A DNA stretch of 12,009 nucleotides, from positions 1 to 12,009 of the forward strand of contig RQSC01001211.1 of the NCBI GenBank assembly GCA_013416795.1, in the 5' to 3' direction. The DNA is from Prasinococcaceae sp. CCMP 1430 (lineage: Eukaryota > Plantae > Prasinodermophyta). Below, piece by piece: positions 1 to 7,732 of the stretch (within the stretch, counting starts at the first letter, position 1; each line of letters starts with the position of its first letter). Under the pieces are notes generated by a model. The model saw only the letters and a program-made list of their open reading frames with translations, was not told where the DNA came from and did not search any database. Position numbers and translations under genes: made by a program.

Positions 1-54
1 GAAGCCGTCCGACGCGCGCAGCAGCCGCCGCTCGAGCCGCTGCATCGCGTCCAT
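1..54 (-). CDS. Possible 5' part of a gene running off the left edge (MDAMQRLERRLLRASDGF...), product unknown
   Basis: ATG at 54-52 in a GCCGTCGCG-ATG-G context, open to position 1, G/C-ending codons, divergent from UTP14 across an AT-rich island. The frame is also open upstream (IGGVGCGGGLAVA), so the true start may be further 5'. Confidence 0.35.
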   Translation of the reverse strand, partial: MDAMQRLERRLLRASDGF

Positions 55-199
55 CGCGACGGCGAGGCCGCCGCCGCAGCCAACGCCGCCGATGTGGCGC
101 CGACCCCACCCCCGACCACCCTCGCCCCTCCACGCCCGCGTGCAGCCCACGCACGCAGGCGCGCCGCCGGCGGCGCGTCGACACGACGCCCGACGCACT

Positions 200-400
200 C
201 CCCACATCACATCAAAATGCCTCCGATTCCATCCCACCGTTCGCACAACAATTTGACATTCATTTGCATTTTCTACGAGTCTCCCGTTAGTACTCGAGTC
301 GCTATAACCGCAAAGACTCGTTTGATCACATCAATGTCACTTACCATCTCGAGACGTGAGACATCAAACCCTGCATTAAAGTAGTTTGAATGTAGTTTGA
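200..400. promoter_or_regulatory. AT-rich intergenic island, probable (bidirectional) promoter upstream of UTP14
   Basis: Sharp drop in GC relative to flanks. Contains ACATCACATC (204-213), CATCAAAAT (210-218), ATCAAACCCTGCA (363-375), CATTAAAGTA (374-383) and a direct repeat GTAGTTTGA (381-389, 392-400). Confidence 0.55.
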
Positions 401-3276
401 CGTCGATTGCCCGCGGCGTGAGTTGGGGGTTGCGGCGGCGGCTGAGCCGCCGCCGGCCGGGGCTCTGCGCGATCCTCGGTCCATCGGGTGCCGGCAAGTC
501 GACGCTCCTAGAAGCGGGAGGAGGCGGGCGCGGCAAGGCCGGGCGTGGCGGCGGGCGCGGCAAGGCCGGGCGCTCGGCGCCGCCGCGCTCGGATGTGTTC
601 GAGGCGGACGAGCCCGAGCTGCCTGAGGAGCGCGAGGGCGCCGCGGGCCGCGAGGGGCGGTACGACGAAGTGGACAACTTCCAGTACGAGCTCCCGGAGG
701 ACTTCGAGGACGAAGAGATCACCTCCGAGTCCGACGCTCACGAGGACGGCGACGGCAGCGATGGGGAAGGCGACGGCGACCTGGGCGACTTCTTTGGCGT
801 GGCGGAGGAGGGCGACGAGGGCGACGATGACGACGACGAGGAGGACGGAGAGAGCAGCGGCGAGGAGGAGGAGGAAGAGGAGGAGGAGGAGGACTGCATG
901 ACCTTCGATGGCGACGCGGAGGACGACGGTGCCGACGAGGGGCGGCACGCGTCGATGATCGCCGACGTGCTCGGGCGCGGTGCGGATGCGCGCGGGCGCT
1001 CGAGGCGGCGCGACGCCGACACGGTGACGGCGGGCGCGCGCGAAGGCGAGGCGCACCTGGCGTCGTCGGGCGCAGCGCGCGGCGTCTCGGTGGACGACAT
1101 CGCTGCGGCCGTCGGAGGAGGCAGCGCGGACGCGCGCCGCATGCTGCGGCGCGTCGCCGAGCGCGCGCGCTCCGGAGCGGCCGTCTCGGCTCCGCTGCCG
1201 GCCAACATCGCCGCCAGGCTCGAGCGCAAGGCGGGCTACGAGGCCTCCAAGGCCGAGCTCGCGCAGTGGCAGGACATGGTGCAGCGCAATCGCAAGGCGG
1301 AGCTCGAGGACCTGCGCAAGAAGAGCACTACGGAGGGGAGCTCCACCGCCGCGCTGGGCGCCAAGTTCAGCGCCAAGGAGAGCGGCGTCGAGGCCGACGT
1401 GGACGGCCTCCTCGCCGCCGCGGGCCTCACCGAGGAGCGCGCGGCGGCCGCCGCCGAGGAGCTCGAGCTCAACGAGCTGGCCGTCGACGAGGTTGCCGAC
1501 CGCCAGGCCAAACTCGCGCGCATGCGCAGCCTCATGTTCAGGCACGAGGTTAAGGCGAAGCGCGCCAAGAAGATCAAGAGCCGCGCGTACCACAAGCACC
1601 TCAAGAAGGCCGCTCTCAAGGAGGGCAACATGGCGCTCGATGACGGCGCCGCCGACGGGCTGGTCGGTGACGAGGAGTCCCGACGCGAACTCGCGAAGCG
1701 CCGCGAGTTCGAGCGGTTGGAGGAGCGCCTCACGCTCAAGCACAAGAACACCGGCAAGTGGGCCAAGCAGATGCTCAAGGCGAAGCTCGGGGGCCACAAC
1801 ACGTCCGTGCGCCAGGCGGTCGCAGAGCAGCTGCGCCTCAACAAGGCGCTCACGCGCAAGATGGACTCCATGCGCGACGAGGAGGACTCGGACAGCAGCG
1901 CGGACGAGGGGGAGAGCTCCGACGAGGACGAGGGCGGCAAGGGGCGCAAGGCGTCGGTCAAGGCGCTCGAGGAACTTGTGAACGAGGAGGAGGGCGCCGA
2001 GCTGCCCTCCAAGGGGCTCTTCAGCCTGCCTTTCATGAAGCGTGCCATCGAGAAGCGTCGAGCGGACGCGCAGAAGGAGGCGCGCGACATGCTGGAGGAG
2101 CTCAACGAAATGGAGGCCGAGAGTGAGGACGACGACGAGAGCGAGGACGACGAAGATCGCGCCAAGGCTGGCGGCGGCGACGGTCGCGCTGGTGGCGACG
2201 CCGACGACGAGGACGACGAGGACGACGACGACGACGTCGAGGACGACGACGAGGATGAGAGCGTCCCTGGGGCGGGCGCGCGCATGTCCTTCCGCGGTGC
2301 CGCGCCGGTCGCCAAGGCGGGCAAGGTGGGCAAGAAGCGCTCGGCGCCTGGTGCGCGGGCGCGCGCGGCTGCGGCTGAGGAAGAGGACGAGGAGGTGGTG
2401 TACGATATGGAGGGCGGTGAGGTGGTGCGTGCGGATGCGGATGGTGCCACGGGCGCCAAGCGTGCGCGCGGCGCGCGCGATGCGGACTCTGCCGCGGCCG
2501 CAGCGCGCATTGCAGCTATGGCCAAAGCGGGTGACGGCAATCTCGGCGGGGGACGCGTGGCCTCCGTCATGGGGGCCAAGCCCTCGACTAAGGCGGCGGC
2601 GCCGCCGCTTGAGACGGGCCCGGTCAATGCCGCGGCGATCGCGACGGCAAACGCGGAGGCCTTGGAGGCGGACGATCATGTAGGAGCGGAGGCCAGCGCG
2701 GGCGCGCAAGAAGCAGCGGCCCAGCAGCGCTCGCTTCTGCGCGAGGCCTTCGCCGATGACGACGTGGCCGCCGACTTTGCGCGTGAGAAAGCTGCGCTGC
2801 TGGACGAGGAACTCCCGCCGGGCGCCGAGACGGCCGCTGAGGAGGCCGCGGGTATGCCCGGCTGGGGTTCATGGACTGGCGCCAAGAAGAGCGCGCGGCA
2901 GAAGAAAAAGGAGGCGGAGGCTGCCAAAAAAGCTGCCAAGGCGCGGCGCGAGGCCGAGGCCAAGCGCCGCGATGCGGGAAAGTCGCACGTGATCATCTCC
3001 GAGAAGTACGACAAGAAAGCTGCGACGCTGACCGCGCGGCAGGTGCCCTTCGGCTTCGGCTCGAGGGAGGTGTACGAGGCCTCGCTGCGGCAGCCGCTCG
3101 GCCGCGAGTTCAACTCGGACCGCACCTACCGGGATCTCAATCGCCCCAAGCTGCTCACCACGGCTGGCGCGGTCATCGCAGCGCCCAAGAAACCCACGGC
3201 CACCGGCGGGGGGGCCGGGGGCAGCGGCAGGGCCAAGGGCAGCGCGGGAAAGAGGAAACCTCTTGGGGTTAAATAA
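397..3276 (+). CDS. UTP14: U3 snoRNP / SSU processome protein Utp14; intronless from ~511, true start unresolved
   Basis: Plant-type N-terminal motif RYDEVDNFQYELPEDFEDEEI (658-720); ARLERKAGYEASKAELAQW; core ARMRSLMFRHEVKAKRAKKIKSRAYHK; ERLTLKHKNTGKWAK; C-terminal MPGWGSW...HVIISEKYDKKA...YEASLRQPLGREFN; long acidic tracts. The ORF start at 397 is TTG and the first in-frame ATG is at 898. Confidence 0.93.
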   Translation: MTSIARGVSWGLRRRLSRRRPGLCAILGPSGAGKSTLLEAGGGGRGKAGRGGGRGKAGRSAPPRSDVFEADEPELPEEREGAAGREGRYDEVDNFQYELPEDFEDEEITSESDAHEDGDGSDGEGDGDLGDFFGVAEEGDEGDDDDDEEDGESSGEEEEEEEEEEDCMTFDGDAEDDGADEGRHASMIADVLGRGADARGRSRRRDADTVTAGAREGEAHLASSGAARGVSVDDIAAAVGGGSADARRMLRRVAERARSGAAVSAPLPANIAARLERKAGYEASKAELAQWQDMVQRNRKAELEDLRKKSTTEGSSTAALGAKFSAKESGVEADVDGLLAAAGLTEERAAAAAEELELNELAVDEVADRQAKLARMRSLMFRHEVKAKRAKKIKSRAYHKHLKKAALKEGNMALDDGAADGLVGDEESRRELAKRREFERLEERLTLKHKNTGKWAKQMLKAKLGGHNTSVRQAVAEQLRLNKALTRKMDSMRDEEDSDSSADEGESSDEDEGGKGRKASVKALEELVNEEEGAELPSKGLFSLPFMKRAIEKRRADAQKEARDMLEELNEMEAESEDDDESEDDEDRAKAGGGDGRAGGDADDEDDEDDDDDVEDDDEDESVPGAGARMSFRGAAPVAKAGKVGKKRSAPGARARAAAAEEEDEEVVYDMEGGEVVRADADGATGAKRARGARDADSAAAAARIAAMAKAGDGNLGGGRVASVMGAKPSTKAAAPPLETGPVNAAAIATANAEALEADDHVGAEASAGAQEAAAQQRSLLREAFADDDVAADFAREKAALLDEELPPGAETAAEEAAGMPGWGSWTGAKKSARQKKKEAEAAKKAAKARREAEAKRRDAGKSHVIISEKYDKKAATLTARQVPFGFGSREVYEASLRQPLGREFNSDRTYRDLNRPKLLTTAGAVIAAPKKPTATGGGAGGSGRAKGSAGKRKPLGVK
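406..510 (+). other. ABCG-transporter-like nucleotide-binding-domain fragment (Walker A) in frame with UTP14
   Basis: IARGVS...RPGLCAILGPSGAGKSTLL resembles the ABCG NBD start (ILxGVSG..RPGELxAILGPSGAGKSTLL). Walker A GPSGAGKS is at 478-501. No Q-loop, signature motif or Walker B follows. Confidence 0.7.
523..572 (+). repeat. Two identical 23-nt copies (GGCGGGCGCGGCAAGGCCGGGCG, 523-545 and 550-572; 27-nt period) encoding a GGRGKAGR repeat
   Basis: Exact direct repeat read from the sequence; RG-rich N-terminal tail typical of nucleolar proteins. Confidence 0.9.
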
Positions 3277-3351
3277 TACTCGCCCGGTCGGCGACTGCCA
3301 GCAGGCCACGGGCCGCATGTGCGGAGTAACATATGCATTTGTTCATCTTAG

Positions 3352-5367
3352 TTAGGCGTGGACTGCCGTCGCAACCGCTGGGGTCGGGGCAAAGCCGCGC
3401 GGGTCTTCCTTCCAGGGTGTGACGTCAGAGGTCTTGATGAACCAACTGAGAAGCTCCTCGGTCAGATCTGCCTGAAGCGCGGCGTGCTCGGGCGCGCCGT
3501 ACAGGTTCGTGAGCTCGCGCGGGTCCGCCCCGATGTCGTATAGCTCGCTGATTCCATCGGGCCTGCTGACGAGCTTTGCGCTGCCGTTGCGCACCATGAC
3601 CGCGCGCGGGCTCGCGCGCGCGCACATTGGGTCGCTTGCGTGCTCCTGCCAATTTGCGGACGTGAAGCGGCATCCGAAGCTTTCTTCGGCTGCCCTCGGC
3701 CAGTACGCGGAGCGCCTGTCACGCGGCGCACTCCCCATGCCGCCGCTATGCAGAGGCTCTATTTCGGACGGGTATCTAAACCCACCCTCGCTGAAGACAA
3801 AGCGCTTCGGATCGACCGCGGCCTCGCCTTGGTGCAACGCCGCCACCAGGCTGCTGGAGAAGTGCGTGTGCGTCGTGTGCACGCCCACGAGCTCCAGGAG
3901 GGTGGCCATCAAATCTATTTGCTGAACGGGGGATCGCACAACGGCCCCGCGCGCGAAAGCGTCACTGCGCCCTGTTGGCATCGCTCGGTCTGAGGTCAGG
4001 GGGGGTGCGATCACCAGGGGCACTCTCGTGAGCATGTCATCGAGCCCGCCAGGCCACTTCTCGACGAGCCCGGCGTCTCCGGCGAAGTCACCGTGGTCCG
4101 ACGTGAAGGCCACAGCGGTTCGATGCGCGAGCGTCTCATTCTGGTCGGTGCCATTTATGTCCGGCACCGAAAGCGCCGCCATGAGATCATCGAGCTGCTT
4201 GTCGATGCCCTCGATAGCATCTAGATATGCCGCATTGATGCCTGTGCGGGCGGCGCAGCCGGGCAGCGAGCCAAGCAGGCGTCAGCTATGCCCCGCGTGG
4301 GTGCATGCCTGCGATGATGCAAGCGCCAACACCAGGGCTTCCCTCACGGGCATCCCCAACGCGACGCGACGCACCGTAAAAAAATTCATCGGGGAGAGCG
4401 GTCAGGTTCCTGAAGGCGGGGATGCCCGCGGGACCGTAGTACGCGGGCTTCTTGCTGCTTGCGACGGTGACGTTGGTGATACGGGGCCTCAGTGGCGCCG
4501 CAAGCATCACCTCACGGGGGTTGAGGCGAGTCGTCCCGTTGTCCCCTGCATTGAGAGTCCAAGTAGCGATTGAGAACATGCATCGTCAGTAGTGCAATGG
4601 CATGGAGCGCGCAGGCGTCCAGCCTGTGCGCGCGCGACTCTCGACGCACAGAATGAGTAGTAGCCCGCTTCGTCGACTGAGAAGCCTTTGCCGCGGGCGA
4701 CCACGCTCTGATACGGCGGGTGCGCGCCGATGCTTGGCACGAAGAGCGCGAACGGCTCGGGAGGGGGCGGGTCCCTTCGGCGAAGCCACGCGATTGCCGC
4801 CGCTGGCCCGTCCTTCGCGCTCGTTGACAGGATTTCGCTGACGCCTTCTTTCATTGCCTCTTGTGAGAGCGCATCATTCTTGCCAGCCCAAGCCACGTGG
4901 AACCCCGCCCGGCGCAGGTACGAAAACATGTTGGGCTCGCCTGCCTGCAGCAGGTGCTGCTGCGTGCGATGGCCCCGCACGTGCAGCGGCCACCCGGTGA
5001 GCAGCGCGCAACGCGAGGGGGAGCACTGCGTTTGTGAAACGTGTGCCGAGGTGAAAGTGGTGCCGCGCGACGCCAGCCTCGCGAGCGCGGGTGTCTGCGT
5101 GAGCGGGTGGCCGTACACCCCCCCAACGCTCTCCGCGCGCACTTCGTCTGGCAGGAAGAGCACAATGTTGCGCGCCGCGGTCTTGTTCTTCGCGTCGTGC
5201 GCGGCCTCCTTGGCGAAGAGCTCGGCCTCGAACGCAGCGAAGCCCGCGGAGGCCCGGCCAACGCCCGCCCCCGCCTCTTTGGCAGCACCGGCAGCCGCCC
5301 ATGCCGACGCTGCCAACAAGAGGACCAGCGCGCTGAGACGGCTGCCAAGCCACCGTGCGCACGTCAT
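3352..5367 (-). CDS. Secreted Cys-type (formylglycine-dependent, S1 family) sulfatase; join(5367..4650,4545..4375,4241..3352), 592 aa
   Basis: Hydrophobic signal peptide (LSALVLLLAASAWAAAGAA); NIVLFLPDEVRAE metal-binding start; CSPSR = CxPxR motif at 5025-5011; GKND; HPPY; FTSDHGD; VEK; ELYDIGADPRELTNL C-terminal motif. Two GT-AG introns join three ORF pieces in correct phase (total 1779 nt). Confidence 0.9.
4242..4374 (-). other. Spliceosomal intron 2 of the sulfatase (133 nt)
   Basis: GTGCGT donor, GCTGAC branch point (A at 4282), CACAG acceptor. Joins FFY-G|INAAYLDAIEGIDKQL in frame with the 3352..4182 ORF. Confidence 0.85.
4546..4649 (-). other. Spliceosomal intron 1 of the sulfatase (104 nt)
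   Basis: GTGCGT donor, TACTGAC branch point (A at 4586), TGCAG acceptor. Phase 1 joins TTC T|GG GAC (F-W-D). Confidence 0.85.
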
Positions 5368-5869
5368 CCTGGATGCGCCGCAGCTCCGCAGGGCACGTAG
5401 GGGAGTGAAGGGCGCTGGTTGACGGGGCAGATGCCGGCAGCACGCGCGGCGGAGGAGCGGACGACGCCGTCCGTCCCTCCCCTCCTGCCTGAGCGCGCCG
5501 CCTTGCCGGCGCCGCGGCGTGCCCGCGCCCGCGCCGGGCGAGGGGCGAATGTGAGACGGGGCGAGGCGCGCGCGGGCGCCGCGCGCGCGTTTGCGGCGGG
5601 AAGTCGGCGCCGGCGCCGATTTCCGAATTGGAAATCGGTGCGCGCATTGAGGCGGGCGCGCGCGAGGAGGTGGGAGGGCGGGCCCGCAGGGCGAGACGCT
5701 CGCACACCAGCCTGGAGAGCAAGGCAAGGGGAAGGCGCGGGCGGAGCCTTGCTGCGCGCCGCGCTCGCTGCGTGTCAGCTCTGGCGCCGCGCGCGCCCGC
5801 ACTGTGCGTTTCCGCGCCCGCCAGAATGACTGCACGCGGCTGTGGACCGACACCCCTCTTCGTTTACCG

Positions 5870-5945
5870 CTCCCCCAAATTGATTTTAAAACATATCAAC
5901 AAACATTAAAGTACGTAAATAGAATGCATGGTACTCCGTTTTCAT
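5870..5945. promoter_or_regulatory. AT-rich island, probable promoter region of the sulfatase
   Basis: AT-rich stretch upstream of the minus-strand sulfatase; contains CATTAAAGTA (5904-5913), identical to 374-383. Confidence 0.4.
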
Positions 5946-6274
5946 CAAGAGTTGTGGCGGGAGAGCTGGCCACGCGCGCGCGCGTTCCCCCGGCGCGCGC
6001 GCGCGCAGAATCTGCAGCACCTGCAGCCGCGGCGGCAGCCACTCGCGCGCGCCGCCGCAGCGAGGCGGCCGCACGCTTGCGCGACCGACGGGCCCCGCCG
6101 CCCGAGCTGGCGACTCTCCCAATGGCGAGCGACGCGAGCGGCCCTTCAGCGGGCCGCCCGCGCGCGCGCGCCGAGTGGTGCCCACCCGCAGCACCGAGCG
6201 ATCGCTGCAGCGCCGCAGCGCCGCTGCGCACGAAAATCGTGCAGAGGCGCGGGCGCGCCGCGCGGAAGCGAGCG

Positions 6275-6365
6275 CATTATCAAACCCTGCACCTCAAGTG
6301 CCATCAAAATACATCACATCTCAACACAATTGTTTAGGGTCAAACTTTTCAACGAGTGTTTGATG
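6275..6365. promoter_or_regulatory. AT-rich island, probable promoter of the 6622..7534 gene
   Basis: Contains ATCAAACCCTGCA (6279-6291), CATCAAAAT (6302-6310), ACATCACATC (6311-6320), one TTTAGGG (6333-6339) and GTTTGATG (6358-6365), which is inverted relative to CATCAAA. Confidence 0.45.
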
Positions 6366-6621
6366 GGGGTGTTGACCGAGCGCGCGCCTCCTCCAGCGCG
6401 CGCCCGTACAAAAGCCGGATCAAATCATCGACAAGTCTCCTCCTTGGTTGGGGTGCTCGGACGACGTCGCCGGTCGCGGCGGATGAAACCCGAACTGCGC
6501 GCTTGCGTTTTTTGGGGGGCTCTGCCTGCGGGAGGGGCAGCGAGGGAGCGAGAGCGAGGACTGGCGCGGGCGCGCGGCGGCGGCCACACGGCGCGCGCAG
6601 CGCACCAGCACGCCTTCGACC

Positions 6622-7534
6622 ATGGTGCTTCCTTCGTTCGCCGCCGCCGCCGCCGCCGCTGCGCCCGCCGGAAACAGCGCGCGCAAGGCCGCCATGGACA
6701 GCATCTCGTCCGTGCGCACGTATGCGTCGCTCGCCGTGCTCAGCATTCCGTGGATCGGCAGCTACGTCAAGATGGCCCAGCACCGCAACGCCATCCGCTC
6801 GGGCAAGGCGCACCACTAGTGCGCGCGGTCGCATGGCAGGACGGCGGCCTGTCGCCGCCACCGCGCACGGAGGGGCGCGCGCACCCGCGCACCGCGCCGT
6901 CCCCCCTCCCCGCCCGGCGCCTAGCCAGGGTGGGGGTGGGGCGGGGTGTGTGGGGCGCGAGGGACCGCGCGAGGGAGGGGTGTGTGCGGGGGTGAGCGGG
7001 TGGGTGGTGGGTGACGCGCGACCCTGGCGCGCCGGGGTAGCTGCTGGGCGCCTGCTGTGGCCACGCACGCGCTGAGGACCCCGCGCACGCACTACACACT
7101 TGCTCGCGATGGTGTCCGAGAGCCTGATCGCCGATGTGGCGATACGCATGTACATTGTCGTTATGTTCCTGTACGCGCTGCGGATGGCGTGGCGTCAGTG
7201 GCGCGCCTCGGCACGCCAGCGGCGAGAGGCTGCGGAGTTGCACCGCCTGGCGAATGCGCCCCTCGCCCCGTTGGACATGCGCGAGCGCTTAGGCGTCCTG
7301 CAGCCGGACGGTAGCATGGGCTTTGCGGTCATTGACATCCCGGGGGCGAACGAGGCCGAGGCCGATGCTGTCGCGCGCTTTGAGAAGGAGGCCGCCATTC
7401 GCGAGGCGCTGCGGCGGCGCCTGGCGGGCGTTGCGCCTCCTAGCGAGGAGACGCGCGATCTGGAAGACCTCGTTCGCGAGCTTCGGCAACAGACCGGCCA
7501 AGAGCTGTCCGGCACGCGGCAGCGGGAGTCGTGA
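6622..7534 (+). CDS. Hypothetical membrane protein; tentative join(6622..6818,7123..7534), 202 aa
   Basis: Two ORF pieces that both read as plausible protein, each with a hydrophobic segment (YASLAVLSIPWIGSYV; IADVAIRMYIVVMFLYAL), then a charged helical tail. The exon-1 TAG overlaps a GTGCGC donor at 6819. The only in-phase AG reaching the second frame is a GAG acceptor ending at 7122. No family recognised. Confidence 0.55.
6819..7122 (+). other. Tentative intron (304 nt), G-rich, 3' boundary uncertain
   Basis: GTGCGC donor matches the other introns; non-coding G/C-run composition; branch-like GCTGAG (A at 7075); weak GAG acceptor. Confidence 0.45.
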
Positions 7535-7732
7535 GCGCAGTTTTGTGTACCTTCCTGTAAAACAACCAATCAACTAAAGACTTCTATCCGGTCTTTCACG
7601 CCGCGGCGCCCAAGCTCGCCTTGCCAAGACGGCGGGTTGGAGAGATGCAGCCGGTTCCCTCGTACCTCGAGGCCCCTTCGCACGCTTGCGGGTTCAGCTG
7701 CGCACCGCTGACGGTTGCGTCGCCCAAGCGCC

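Noticed and set aside
508-2709. 733-aa antisense ORF, plus 1236..2627 and other overlapping ORFs, opposite UTP14
   Set aside because: Expected shadow of strong G/C third-position bias; low-complexity translations with no recognisable domain.
5368-5853. In-frame 162-aa upstream extension of the sulfatase ORF (4507..5853)
   Set aside because: Arg/Pro/Ala-rich composition typical of non-coding GC-rich DNA, non-ATG start, and a good signal peptide begins at ATG 5367.
6814-7094. CACTAGTG palindrome at 6814-6821 and a second CACTA at 7090-7094, suggesting a CACTA transposon or an Introner target-site duplication
   Set aside because: The orientation does not give CACTA...TAGTG termini, there are no extended inverted repeats, and joining at the repeat gives the wrong reading frame.
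5804-7155. ORFs 5804..6337, 5896..6231, 5928..6995 and 6349..7155
   Set aside because: Low-complexity translations that cross AT islands and intron-like DNA; no domain or consistent codon bias.
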